From assembly GCA_963598795.1 (NCBI GenBank), contig CAVBUY010000002.1, forward strand, positions 700 through 64,699: a stretch of 64,000 bases of DNA, written 5' to 3'. The notes beneath the pieces were generated by a model that ran no database searches, was not told the origin of the DNA, and saw only the letters and a program-made list of their open reading frames with translations. The translations under genes were made by a program, and so were the position numbers. The stretch comes from Alistipes shahii (GTDB lineage: Bacteria > Bacillota_I > Bacilli_A > RFN20 > CAG-826). Of this stretch, positions 35,438 through 45,302 are shown in pieces; the first letter of the stretch is position 1; each line of letters begins with the position of its first letter.

Positions 35438-36217
35438 TTAGAAAAGAAGGTTTTCTTTCTTGTTGGCGAATCTATAGCCTTTCTTGAAATAGACGTCAGG
35501 CTTATTGAATTTAAGGGGCTTCCCTTCATGGTCCACCATAATCCCGCCAGCTTCTTGGATGAGAAGATTACCGGCCGCCAAGTCCCACTCTTTGGTGTTG
35601 CCGTTAATTCTGAAGCTGGCTTCGGCCAAGCCTTCGGCTACCAAGCAGAACTTCTGGGCCGCGCCTCTAGCGAAAACGAATCCAATTTTTTCTGGATGGG
35701 AATCGATGAGCTTTTGCTCCAATTCGTTGAAGAACGAAACAGATTTGAGAACGGTTATTTGCTTGTCTTTGTTATTGACGTGGATTTCTTTCGGTTTTCC
35801 GAATCTCGGAAGTTTATAAGCTCCCTCGCCTTTTATGGCATAGAACAAGACGTTTTGGGCTGGGCAATTGATGACCGAGGCCACGATGTCATGATCTTTG
35901 CATAAAGCGATGCAAGTCGCGAATTCCCCACGGTAATTGACGAATTCCTTGGTTCCGTCCAAAGGATCGATTATCCAAACGTATTCTTTGGACAAACGCT
36001 CGTCGTTGTCTGGGGTTTCTTCGGTTAAGAAACCATAATCGGGGAAGGCTTTGGAAAGAATGTCGATTATAAGGTCATCCGCCCTTTTGTCCGCTTCGGT
36101 AACGGGGGAATTGTCGTCTTTGATTTCGACATCAAAGCCGTTTCTATAAACTTCCATGATGATATCGCCGCTCTTTTCGGCGGCCTCTATCATCTTTTGG
36201 AGTTCTTTCTGATACAT
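35438..36217 (-). CDS. inositol monophosphatase / CysQ-family phosphatase
   Basis: SPVTEADKRADDLI, FLTEE, WIIDPLDGTKEF, WDLAAG. Confidence 0.8.
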   Translation of the reverse strand: MYQKELQKMIEAAEKSGDIIMEVYRNGFDVEIKDDNSPVTEADKRADDLIIDILSKAFPDYGFLTEETPDNDERLSKEYVWIIDPLDGTKEFVNYRGEFATCIALCKDHDIVASVINCPAQNVLFYAIKGEGAYKLPRFGKPKEIHVNNKDKQITVLKSVSFFNELEQKLIDSHPEKIGFVFARGAAQKFCLVAEGLAEASFRINGNTKEWDLAAGNLLIQEAGGIMVDHEGKPLKFNKPDVYFKKGYRFANKKENLLF

Positions 36218-36220
36218 CGA

Positions 36221-36619
36221 TTAGAGATCCTCTTCTTTTATGCCGGTGCCTTCGAGGTCGATCTTTCTGGTAGAAGCGGCGTCTTCGTCTTCGTATTCTT
36301 GTTGTTCTTCCTCGCCTTCCAACTCTTCGATATCCACGTTCTCGTCTTCGCCATCGTCTGAATAGACTTCGTTGACGTTGATATGAACCTTGTCATAGGT
36401 GTGGCGGAGACGGAGGTCCCAAGTATTGTCGGTTAAGGCAACGAATCTGCCATCCAACGAAAGATCGGTATAGAAAGCGCCCAATCTGGAAAGCTTTTCT
36501 TCGTCAGTCATTTCCAAGTTGGCGGCGACTTTGTTCACCAAATCGATGAAAACGATGGGTTGCCCGTTTTCGGTGACGATGTCATAGGCTTCGTCTAACA
36601 TGCTTTTGTCTTTTCTCAT
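36221..36619 (-). CDS. rpoE: DNA-directed RNA polymerase delta subunit
   Basis: HARE-HTH-like N-domain (AYDIV..NGQPIVFIDLV..V, FYTDLSLDGRFVAL..N.WDLR) plus a long acidic tail. Confidence 0.8.
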   Translation of the reverse strand: MRKDKSMLDEAYDIVTENGQPIVFIDLVNKVAANLEMTDEEKLSRLGAFYTDLSLDGRFVALTDNTWDLRLRHTYDKVHINVNEVYSDDGEDENVDIEELEGEEEQQEYEDEDAASTRKIDLEGTGIKEEDL

Positions 36620-36631
36620 AAAGATCCTTCC

Positions 36632-38260
36632 TTACATTTTATCTGGAGCGCTGACGCCTATTAGGCTCAACGCATTCCTTAAAACTATTTGGCAGGCTTT
36701 TATCAAAGCCAGCCTCGAACCGCTGGTTAATAAATCCGTGCGGTCGATGATTTTGTTGGCCGCGTAATATTCATGAATCAACGCCGCCAAATCCTCGATG
36801 TAGGCCGTAACCTTGTAGGGGGCGCGGTTTTTCGCCGCTTGCTCAATCATCTGAGGATAGGCCGCCAAATGCTTCAAGATAGCGGTCTCTTTCTCATTCC
36901 CGATGCCTTTCAAAGTCAAATCTAGCTTTATATCATCTCCCAAATTGAGAAGGGACACGCATCTGGCATGAGCGTATTGGGTGTAATAAACGGGGTTGTC
37001 TTTGCTTTTGGAAATCGCCAAATCGTAATTGAAGTCCAAATGGCTTCCTGGGGCTTTGTCGATGAAGAAATACCTTACGGCATCCACGCCAATCTCGGAG
37101 ACGAGCTCTCTATGGGAAATGGCCTTCCCCGTGCGCTTGCTCATTTTCACTTCTTCCCCGTTTTTGAAGACTTTGACGATTTGATAGATTTCCATCTTCA
37201 GCCTATCGGACGAATAACCGCCGATTTCCAAAGCCGAACGCATGCGGTTGATATATCCGAAGTGGTCGGCGCCAAGCATATCCACACAGATATCGTATCC
37301 CCTGTCCATCTTGTTGTAGTGATAGCAGATATCAGGCATGAAATATGTATAGCAGCCGTCGGCCTTGATGATGGGCCTATCCTTGTCGTCGAAGAATTTT
37401 GAGGTGGCTAAGAAAGTGGCCCCGTTTGAATCATAGACGTAGCCTTTACCTCTTAATTTCTCAATCGTGTCGGTGATCAAACTTCCTTCCCTAATTTGAG
37501 ATTCTTTGAAGATGACGTCGAATTTAACGCGGAAGTCCGCCAAATCCTTTTGGATTTTGCCAAATTCCGTATCTATGCCATAACGGATGAAGAAATCATG
37601 GGATTCCTTGTTGTTGGCTAGATATTTATCGCCGTAATCGTCTTTGATTTTTTGAGCGATGGCGATTAGATCTTGCCCATGGTAATCATCGTCTCCTAAA
37701 ACGATTTCCTCTCCGAATAATTCGTGGTAACGGAGAGATAAAGAATGACCTAGATGCTCAACCTGGTTTCCGCAGTCATTGAGATAATATTCCCTGGTGA
37801 CGTCATATCCCGCCGCATCGTAGAGGTTGCAGATAGCATCTCCCAAAGCCGCTCCTCTGGTATGACCTAAATGTAGGTCTCCGGTAGGGTTGGCGGAAAC
37901 GAATTCCACGTTTACCTTTATGTTGTTTCTTTCCAAACGTCCGTAATTTGCGTCTTTCTCTATGATGGTTTTGACAATTTCCCCCAAAGATTCTTTCTTC
38001 ATGAAGAAATTTATGAATCCCGGACCGGCGATTTTAATATCTTCGACGTTGTCGGAAGAGAAATTCTCAACGATTAAATTCGCGACATCCACCGGCGATT
38101 TCTTGAAAAGTTTGGCGCTTCTCATGGCAATGTTGGTAGCGTAGTCGCCGAAAGAGGAATCCTTGCACCTGTCGATGACGATGCTATTCGGATCGACTTC
38201 GACATTGAGTTTCAATAAGGCCTTGCTCAAGGCTATTTGCAATGTTTCTTCGTTAGTCAT
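36632..38260 (-). CDS. argS: arginine--tRNA ligase
   Basis: 542 aa. SANPTGDLHLGH (HIGH), MSKRTGK (KMSK), DALR-like C-terminus. Confidence 0.93.
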   Translation of the reverse strand: MTNEETLQIALSKALLKLNVEVDPNSIVIDRCKDSSFGDYATNIAMRSAKLFKKSPVDVANLIVENFSSDNVEDIKIAGPGFINFFMKKESLGEIVKTIIEKDANYGRLERNNIKVNVEFVSANPTGDLHLGHTRGAALGDAICNLYDAAGYDVTREYYLNDCGNQVEHLGHSLSLRYHELFGEEIVLGDDDYHGQDLIAIAQKIKDDYGDKYLANNKESHDFFIRYGIDTEFGKIQKDLADFRVKFDVIFKESQIREGSLITDTIEKLRGKGYVYDSNGATFLATSKFFDDKDRPIIKADGCYTYFMPDICYHYNKMDRGYDICVDMLGADHFGYINRMRSALEIGGYSSDRLKMEIYQIVKVFKNGEEVKMSKRTGKAISHRELVSEIGVDAVRYFFIDKAPGSHLDFNYDLAISKSKDNPVYYTQYAHARCVSLLNLGDDIKLDLTLKGIGNEKETAILKHLAAYPQMIEQAAKNRAPYKVTAYIEDLAALIHEYYAANKIIDRTDLLTSGSRLALIKACQIVLRNALSLIGVSAPDKM

Positions 38261-38735
38261 CTTTCCCTCCTTTTAGCGCGATTATGGCCGTAGCCCTTAT
38301 GGCTTTTCTTTCTCCCACCGGCCCCAAGCCTTCGTTGGTCTTGGCTTTTATGGATATGTTCGTTATGTCGGTTTTAAGCAATTTGGCTAGGCTTTCCCTC
38401 ATTTTATCGATATAAGGCTTTAACTTGACGCCTTCTAGGAAAACATTGGAATCCAAAGATGAAACTTCATAGCCTTTTTTATTCGCCAATGACAAGGCGT
38501 CTTTTATGATCAGCCGGCTATCTATGCCTTTGGTTTTCTCTTCATCATCTGGGAAATGCCAGCCGATGTCTTTTTCGCTTAAAGCCCCGTAAATGGCATC
38601 GGCTATGGCGTGCAATAAGACATCGCCGTCGGAATGGGCGATAACACCCAATTCGCTTTCTACCTTTATTCCGCCGATGATAAGCGGCAAGCCCACTTCC
38701 AATCTATGGATGTCTTCGCCTAAGCCTATTCTCAT
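38253..38735 (-). CDS. ispF: 2-C-methyl-D-erythritol 2,4-cyclodiphosphate synthase
   Basis: [14 protein letters not shown]..., HSDGDVLLHAIADAIYGA. Confidence 0.9.
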   Translation of the reverse strand: MRIGLGEDIHRLEVGLPLIIGGIKVESELGVIAHSDGDVLLHAIADAIYGALSEKDIGWHFPDDEEKTKGIDSRLIIKDALSLANKKGYEVSSLDSNVFLEGVKLKPYIDKMRESLAKLLKTDITNISIKAKTNEGLGPVGERKAIRATAIIALKGGKDD

Positions 38736-39844
38736 ACGTTAAACCGGAAGAAGACGACGTCGCCGTCTTTCATCTGGTATTCCTTTCCTTCCATTCTCAG
38801 TTTGCCGTTAGCCTTGACTTCGGCCTCGCTGCCGTATTTTTTGAAATCGTCGAAAGAATAAACCTCGGCTTTGATGAAGCCTTTTTCAAAATCCGAATGG
38901 ATGACTCCGGCGCATTGAGGGGCTAACATGCCATTGGAGAAAGTCCAAGCCCTGCACTCATCCGAACCACTGGTAAAGAAGGTTGAGAGATTCAAGAGCT
39001 TATAGGAGGCTTTGACCAATCTATCCAAGCCCGACTCCTTTTCGCCCAAAGTATCCAAGAATTCTTTCTTTTCCGCCTCGTCCAATTGGGATATCTCATA
39101 TTCGATTTGGCAGCTTACCGGAATGCATTCCGCGTTTTCTTCGGCGGCTATCTTCTTCACTGTTTGGTAATGCGCACAGTTATCCAAATCGGAATAGGCA
39201 TCTTCATTTACGTTGGCAACATATAGGATGGGCTTTAAGGTGAGCAAGAAGAAATTCTTTTTCGCATATTCCATTTGCTCATCGCTTAAACCTTTCACCG
39301 ATCTAGCGGGAAGCCCTTGATCCAAAACGGCCTTCAAGGCTTCTAAGATAGGAAGCTCATAAGCGGCGACTTTGTCGCGTCCAACCCTGGCTTTGGTGCT
39401 TTGTCTGGCGATTCTCCCATTAACCGAATCCAAATCGGACATGGCTAATTCGAGATTGATGGTGGATATATCTGAAGCGGGATCGACCGGTTCTTCGTTA
39501 TAACGCAAAACGGCTTCGTTATCGAAGCAGCGAACTACTTCTACTATGGCATCGCATTCTCTTATGGCCGCTAAAAATTGGTTGCCGAGGCCTTCGCCTT
39601 TGGAAGCGCCTTTAACTAAACCTGCGATATCATAGAATTCGAATGTCGCGTTTATCTTTCTTTGGGGATTGAATTTCTCGGTTAAAAAATCCAGCCTTTC
39701 GTCAGGGACGATTACCACGCCCGTGTTTGGGTTTATGGTGGCGAATGGATAATTTTCCGCCAACACATGAGAATTCGTTATGGCGTTGAACAACGTTGAC
39801 TTTCCTACATTAGGGAGACCGACTATACCTGCTTTGAGAGACAT
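38732..39844 (-). CDS. ychF: redox-regulated ATPase YchF (Obg-family)
   Basis: [17 protein letters not shown]-terminal TGS/YchF domain ...[11 protein letters not shown]. Confidence 0.92.
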   Translation of the reverse strand: MSLKAGIVGLPNVGKSTLFNAITNSHVLAENYPFATINPNTGVVIVPDERLDFLTEKFNPQRKINATFEFYDIAGLVKGASKGEGLGNQFLAAIRECDAIVEVVRCFDNEAVLRYNEEPVDPASDISTINLELAMSDLDSVNGRIARQSTKARVGRDKVAAYELPILEALKAVLDQGLPARSVKGLSDEQMEYAKKNFFLLTLKPILYVANVNEDAYSDLDNCAHYQTVKKIAAEENAECIPVSCQIEYEISQLDEAEKKEFLDTLGEKESGLDRLVKASYKLLNLSTFFTSGSDECRAWTFSNGMLAPQCAGVIHSDFEKGFIKAEVYSFDDFKKYGSEAEVKANGKLRMEGKEYQMKDGDVVFFRFNV

Positions 39845-39949
39845 AAATACACCTAAAAATACCGTAGAGATTATATATCTCTAGAGCCAAAGCACAACAA
39901 AGACTTCTTGAAACTTCTTTGTTTCAAGCCACAAAAGTCCCAGATAAAT

Positions 39950-39972
39950 AAAAAACCCACCGAGGAAGTGGG
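39950..39972 (-). terminator. intrinsic terminator after csp
   Basis: Minus strand: CCCAC-ttcctcg-GTGGG + TTTTTT. Confidence 0.6.
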
Positions 39973-39989
39973 TAAGAATTCACGACTTA

Positions 39990-40190
39990 TTAGTCGACTT
40001 TCTTGATGTTCTGCGCTCTTAATCCGCGATCGGATTGGACAACTTCGAATTCGACGTTTTCGCCTTGTTCGGTGGTCTTAAATCCGTCCATGATCAACGA
40101 GCTGTAGTGGAAAAAGTAGTCGTTTTTGTCCTCGCCACGGATGAAGCCGTAGCCTTTTTCCTTGTTGAACATTTTGACAGTTCCCTTCAT
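39990..40190 (-). CDS. cold-shock protein (CspA family)
   Basis: MKGTVKMFNKEKGYGFI...FFHYS (RNP1/RNP2). Confidence 0.9.
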   Translation of the reverse strand: MKGTVKMFNKEKGYGFIRGEDKNDYFFHYSSLIMDGFKTTEQGENVEFEVVQSDRGLRAQNIKKVD

Positions 40191-40266
40191 TAAGAAAACC
40201 TTCACTTTCTAGCCGAGTCGTAAACTCAAAACCGTCGGTTATTATATCAACGTTTTCGGAAAGTGG

Positions 40267-43047
40267 TTATCGATATTTCATTTCGTTCAAAAAATCCCTT
40301 TTCGCCACATATCGATGGATGTAGAGCCGAATGAACAAGAATGCGATTATCCCGGATATCAGAATCACCAAAATTGGTTCAAAAGAGAAAACGAATTCCG
40401 TTTCCACCCCGAAATTCGAGCCTATTTGCCTATGTAAGAAAATTTCCATTATCGATATGAACAAGGCCGCGCTCAATATGCTCGGCACAGTAAGCAAAAC
40501 ATTTATGGAATTTAAGCTTCTTTCTATTTCTTTTCGCCTAAACCCCAAGCAATAAAGAATGGAGCCTTCCTTTTTGTTTTCCAATATGGTGAGGATAACC
40601 GTGACGAACAAAAGAATGAAAGCTAAAAGAAAGGAAGAAACAGAGGCTAATGAAAGCGACGTCTTCAAATATGAGAATACCTGTTCGCTGGATTTTGATA
40701 TTTGCTCCGATGGATCGGTGAATTCATATGCAAGGAATCTTTCCGTCAAATCGTTCTTTATATCTTCCTTGACTTCATCGCCATATTCAAAGATGCATTT
40801 GGTCGGTTCCAAAAGAAAAGATGACATGCCCAGTTCATCGCGAAAGAAATCAATGGCCCAAAAGCTGTCCACAAAAAGCTTTTCCCATGTATCTTCGACC
40901 ACTCCGACGACTTTTACTTCCGCGGATCTATATTCGTTGTTTATTGTACTTCCGATTTGTTCTTGGTTTATCAAGCCAACCAAATGGATCGTTTTGGGAT
41001 TGCCCCATTTCTTATTTAGAGCAGAGGAGATGGCCACTTCATAACTAAAGTCTGGTTTCCGCCCCGAAACCAGTTTGGAAAAATCGTTAGAAAGGGTCAA
41101 AGCCGAAGAAGCCGGCAATACATAACTCCCTTTTGAAACGTTATCGGGAAGGATTTCGCTTACCCCGGGCTCATTTCCCAAACTAGTGGCCTTATCTAGC
41201 ATCATATCCGCAGTTTCTTTGTCGTTGCTGGCATAAAAGGGAAAGACAAACCCCGTCATCAAATTCTTTGGATATGAGGCATATGTATAATTCGTGCCGA
41301 TAATGAAAGAATTGAGTCCCGATTCTTTTTTGACGTCATTTACGTCAGAAATGGAAACAGATGATTTATCAGCCAAAAACACGTAATAGCGTTTTGTTGA
41401 ACATAGATAGCCTATCTTGCAATGGCTTTGGTCATAGGCATACGAATCCGGCTCGAAGATATAACGTTCATAATCGGGGTTTTCCCTAAGCTGCCTCATC
41501 ATTTCGGATCCTGTGTTGGAAGGTTTTATATAGAAAGCCTTTTTCATGATCCAAGGCAAGGAATAATCGTCCGTGTCGCTTGTAGGGAAACGCATTCTTT
41601 CTTCGTAAATGTGTTCTGACCATTTGTGATTATAAGAATATATCGTCATCACATTCGAAGGTTTGACGGCCTTAATGGAAACAATTTGCTCATCGTCGTA
41701 ATTCCAATCCGAATTAGACACCGAAAATACGACATTCAATCCGTTATCGGCTATATAATCGCCCAAATGCTCGTAGTCTCTTAAAATATGAAGCTGAAAG
41801 CAAAGCTGGAACATATCAGCATAAGGCAAGCCCAAGACAATCTGATCGTCTTCTAAAATCTTTGGCGTTTCTGGATAGCAATCGTTGTCGTTTTCATTCA
41901 TCCAAAGAAATTCATTAACAGAACGGATAGATAGGCCTTTGAGAGTGATTTTATTTGCCCCGTTTTCTATATAAGCGATATCCAAATCCTTGAAGTAGCT
42001 ATCAAAATCGGCGAAATAAAAAGTGCCATAATCCTCGACTTCCGGATTATTTTCAACAATATGGACAACGTCTGTTTCAGAAGCGGTTATGGTATTCCCA
42101 ATGACTTCATCTCCCGCCCCTCTCCTTTCCATTACCAGGGAACCGCTCCCTAAAATAGAAGAAAACGAGCGGTCTATTTCTTTGGAAATGTCACTACTTA
42201 AATAAGATGCCAAGCCCAAAGATATGAATGAGAATGACAAAACCGACAGAGATAAGAAAGTCCGCTTTTTTCTCTCTTTGCACAAATGATAAGCGTGCTT
42301 TAACCAAGAAATAATAGGAATCCGCTTTATTTTGTTACGTTTTCGCATTTTAAATGTGCCAGTTGATAAAGAATCACTCTGAGAGTTCTTTTCAACCTTT
42401 GACGACATGTTTTCGATGCGCAAAACGCAATCGGCATAGTAAAAAGCGGCATTTTCATCGTGCGTGACCATTATAACTAAGGTCTTTTTAGAAACTTCTC
42501 GTAGTTTTTCATAGATACATACTGCACTTTTTGAGTCTAAAGACCCGGTTGGCTCATCGCAAAGCAAAACGATGGGAGAATTTACTATCGCCCTAACGAA
42601 AGCCACCCTTTGTTTTTCTCCGCCGCTAAGCCGATTTACCGTTTCACCCATTTTGTCATCTACGTCATAGTGTTTGGATATATCTTTGGATCTCTTATTT
42701 TGGACGCACACCTTTTCGTTTGAGACCGCCTTTAACGGCAAAGTGATGTTATCCAACGCATTTTCGAGCTCCAATAAGTCATAGCCCTGTCTCAGATAGC
42801 CCATTTTCTTTAGTCGCAAATCAGAACGTTCCTCGCTTAATTTCGTTTTGATGTTGGTCTTATTTATTTTTAGCGCTCCTTTAAAATCGACATCTATCCC
42901 AGCTATAATTTCCAATAATGTGGACTTTCCGGAGCCTGAAGGCCCGACTAAGGCATAAAAGCCCGTATCTTCAAAGGTGAAGTTGAGGTTTTGGAATATA
43001 ACCCTGTCTCTAAATTTTTTGGTTAGGTTTTTTATAATGACGCTCAT
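40267..43047 (-). CDS. fused ABC ATPase + FtsX-type permease with ~500-aa extracytoplasmic domain (MacB-like topology)
   Basis: 926 aa. GPSGSGKST, LSGGEKQRV, LLCDEPTGSLD, VTHD. TM1 around aa 262-285, a long hydrophilic region, then 3 C-terminal TM (FtsX-like). Confidence 0.75.
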   Translation of the reverse strand: MSVIIKNLTKKFRDRVIFQNLNFTFEDTGFYALVGPSGSGKSTLLEIIAGIDVDFKGALKINKTNIKTKLSEERSDLRLKKMGYLRQGYDLLELENALDNITLPLKAVSNEKVCVQNKRSKDISKHYDVDDKMGETVNRLSGGEKQRVAFVRAIVNSPIVLLCDEPTGSLDSKSAVCIYEKLREVSKKTLVIMVTHDENAAFYYADCVLRIENMSSKVEKNSQSDSLSTGTFKMRKRNKIKRIPIISWLKHAYHLCKERKKRTFLSLSVLSFSFISLGLASYLSSDISKEIDRSFSSILGSGSLVMERRGAGDEVIGNTITASETDVVHIVENNPEVEDYGTFYFADFDSYFKDLDIAYIENGANKITLKGLSIRSVNEFLWMNENDNDCYPETPKILEDDQIVLGLPYADMFQLCFQLHILRDYEHLGDYIADNGLNVVFSVSNSDWNYDDEQIVSIKAVKPSNVMTIYSYNHKWSEHIYEERMRFPTSDTDDYSLPWIMKKAFYIKPSNTGSEMMRQLRENPDYERYIFEPDSYAYDQSHCKIGYLCSTKRYYVFLADKSSVSISDVNDVKKESGLNSFIIGTNYTYASYPKNLMTGFVFPFYASNDKETADMMLDKATSLGNEPGVSEILPDNVSKGSYVLPASSALTLSNDFSKLVSGRKPDFSYEVAISSALNKKWGNPKTIHLVGLINQEQIGSTINNEYRSAEVKVVGVVEDTWEKLFVDSFWAIDFFRDELGMSSFLLEPTKCIFEYGDEVKEDIKNDLTERFLAYEFTDPSEQISKSSEQVFSYLKTSLSLASVSSFLLAFILLFVTVILTILENKKEGSILYCLGFRRKEIERSLNSINVLLTVPSILSAALFISIMEIFLHRQIGSNFGVETEFVFSFEPILVILISGIIAFLFIRLYIHRYVAKRDFLNEMKYR

Positions 43048-45026
43048 TCGTTTCTTAAAGCCTCCGCCAACGGATACTTATAAAGTGTCCTCAAAGGAAT
43101 CCTGGTTCCTATATACCCTAGAAAAGTCGAAAGCAGCAAGGTGAGGAAAACGAATAGAAAACCGAACGGAATACCTATCAAGCCGCTTAAGTCCAAAGAT
43201 TTTTTGAAGTAGAGATTTAACATTAATTGAATTGGATAAGACAAAAGCAAAGCGATGACGCTTCCTATTAGCGAAAGAATGATCCCTTCCGACGTATATA
43301 CGCCAACCAAAGAGGATCTTCGCGCTCCCAACGAATTTAAAATGGCGGCCTCTTTTTTGTTATCAAGGAAAGTTGAAAAGGAGACAAAACCACATATGAA
43401 AACCGTCGTTATGATTTGGAGAACCATAAACGGAATCAAGGAAAGAGATAAAGCGTCGTGAATTCCGGAAAAAGATTCTTTAATCCCAATATATGAAGAA
43501 CTTATAGACCAATCGGAAGATACATAAAGGCTTTCTAATTCATTAGCGCCAAACTCATTTTTAGCAAAAAGCCAAAGTTGGAAGTTTGATTTTAAGTCTG
43601 AGGGAGAAGCTTGCTCGACCAGTTCCATGACCGATCGTCCGCTATCGGTGAAACAGCTATTTAGGTAGGAGAATATCACATTATACGGATAATAGATTTT
43701 AGGTTCGTTGAGAAAGGAGAATTCCGACACGATTCCCTTTATTTGAAAATCATATTTGATTGACAATATTTCTTTCTTATTCTCAACTAAGATATTCAGC
43801 TCATGTTCAGCACGCACATCATCGTTTAATGAATATCCGGTTTCCGACATGAATTGCGTATTAACCAAGCATGCATTTTCGCCTTGTTTTTCAAAGTCAC
43901 TTGAAGTTAATAAATCATTGTATGTATCGGCGTTTTCTATCATATATGGAATAAAGTTTACTTCCATTGTTTTGCCATTTGGGGTTTTTATGCTATTTCT
44001 TACCGGAAAAAAGTAGGAAAAATCATATTTTACATCAATGTTTTCGCTGACGATATTATTGACTTCTTCTATATTTGGTCTGAATGTGCGGGTAACAGCC
44101 AATGGCGAATCTTTTATATCAATAGTCTCTTTTTTGCTTATTCCGGCCATATAACGAGTAAGAAGTCTCTTGGTTTCGTTATTCAACACGTTTTTCGATC
44201 CATAAAAGAATCCTATGGACAACATAATGGTGGCTAAGCCTATAGTCGATGAAATGACCGTGAATATGTTCTTTTTAATATTCGATTTCAAATGTGAGGA
44301 AAGTATCAACTTTTTCCACTTCGATTTAGATCTGTTTCCTACTGGGTTTATTTTATAGTTTTCATTTTTAGGTTTTAAATCCGATTCTATGAGGAATCCA
44401 TCTTTTAAGCGCAAATGATAATCGGAATATTTTTCGATCAGTCCTTCGTTATGGGAAACGACTATCACCAATTTCGTTTCAGACAGTTTCTTTAAGTATT
44501 CCATCACCTGAACGCCATGAACTTCATCCAATGCTCCTGTTGGCTCGTCTGCAAAAACGACTTTTGGGTTAGAAATCGTAGCCCTTAATAAGGCAACTCT
44601 TTGCTTTTCGCCCCCAGAAAGGCTCTTAACGGCTCTTTTTGAAAGATAGTCTAGCTCGAATTGCTTAAGGATTGTTTTGGCGGCCTTTAATGCCTCTCCT
44701 TTGCTTTTGCCGGCAATCAATAATGGCATCGCAATGTTTTCTTCCACCGTTAACGACTCTATAAGGTTGAAATATTGATACACAAATCCGAAATAAGAAT
44801 TTCTCAGTTCTTCAATTTCGTTCTTTTTGAGCTTGCTCATATCCTTGTTTCCGAAAAGAAGTTTGCCTTTGCTAGGTTTTTCATTTCCGGAAAGCAAATT
44901 CAAAAGGGTGGACTTCCCTGAGCCCGATTTCCCAACCAAACCAACCAATCCGATATTGGGGAAAGATATCGAAATATCTTTTAAAGCGTAAAAACCGTTT
45001 CCCTGGTCTCCGAAATATTTAGACAC
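43044..45026 (-). CDS. fused ABC ATPase + FtsX-type permease (paralogue of the 926-aa gene)
   Basis: 660 aa. GKSGSGKST, LSGGEKQRV, VFADEPTGALD, VSHN. TM1, a ~250-aa ectodomain and 3 TM. ATGA overlap with the downstream paralogue. Confidence 0.75.
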   Translation of the reverse strand: MSKYFGDQGNGFYALKDISISFPNIGLVGLVGKSGSGKSTLLNLLSGNEKPSKGKLLFGNKDMSKLKKNEIEELRNSYFGFVYQYFNLIESLTVEENIAMPLLIAGKSKGEALKAAKTILKQFELDYLSKRAVKSLSGGEKQRVALLRATISNPKVVFADEPTGALDEVHGVQVMEYLKKLSETKLVIVVSHNEGLIEKYSDYHLRLKDGFLIESDLKPKNENYKINPVGNRSKSKWKKLILSSHLKSNIKKNIFTVISSTIGLATIMLSIGFFYGSKNVLNNETKRLLTRYMAGISKKETIDIKDSPLAVTRTFRPNIEEVNNIVSENIDVKYDFSYFFPVRNSIKTPNGKTMEVNFIPYMIENADTYNDLLTSSDFEKQGENACLVNTQFMSETGYSLNDDVRAEHELNILVENKKEILSIKYDFQIKGIVSEFSFLNEPKIYYPYNVIFSYLNSCFTDSGRSVMELVEQASPSDLKSNFQLWLFAKNEFGANELESLYVSSDWSISSSYIGIKESFSGIHDALSLSLIPFMVLQIITTVFICGFVSFSTFLDNKKEAAILNSLGARRSSLVGVYTSEGIILSLIGSVIALLLSYPIQLMLNLYFKKSLDLSGLIGIPFGFLFVFLTLLLSTFLGYIGTRIPLRTLYKYPLAEALRNE

Positions 45027-45086
45027 TTTCTTTAAGGTAAAAATAAAAGCCCCTCCACCAATTTAATATCGGCAAAGGGGTGATTT

Positions 45087-45302
45087 TTACTTTATGAGAT
45101 CTATTGGTCCTTCGTTATTGGAAATGATTTTCCTAACTGATGATTCAAATTTCTCTCGATCTAGCATGATGACATTTCCGCATCCTAAGCATTTTATCTT
45201 TATATCGGCCCCGACCCTCACTATCTGAAACAATTTGTTCCTAGTCTTGCATGGATGGGGCTTTTTCATCTCCACGACGTCAAATAAGTGGATCTCTACC
45301 AT
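45087..45302 (-). CDS. DUF951 (YyzM-like) small protein
   Basis: 71 aa. KKPHPCK....F.I.R.GADI.IKCLGCG matches the remembered DUF951 pattern. Overlaps the fhs stop. Confidence 0.7.
   Translation of the reverse strand: MVEIHLFDVVEMKKPHPCKTRNKLFQIVRVGADIKIKCLGCGNVIMLDREKFESSVRKIISNNEGPIDLIK

Noticed and set aside
39907-39928. Perfect 8-bp hairpin CTTGAAAC-ttcttt-GTTTCAAG between csp and ychF
   Set aside because: No U-tract follows it on either strand and it matches no motif I recognise. It may be a stabilising 5'UTR stem, but there is too little evidence to call a feature.
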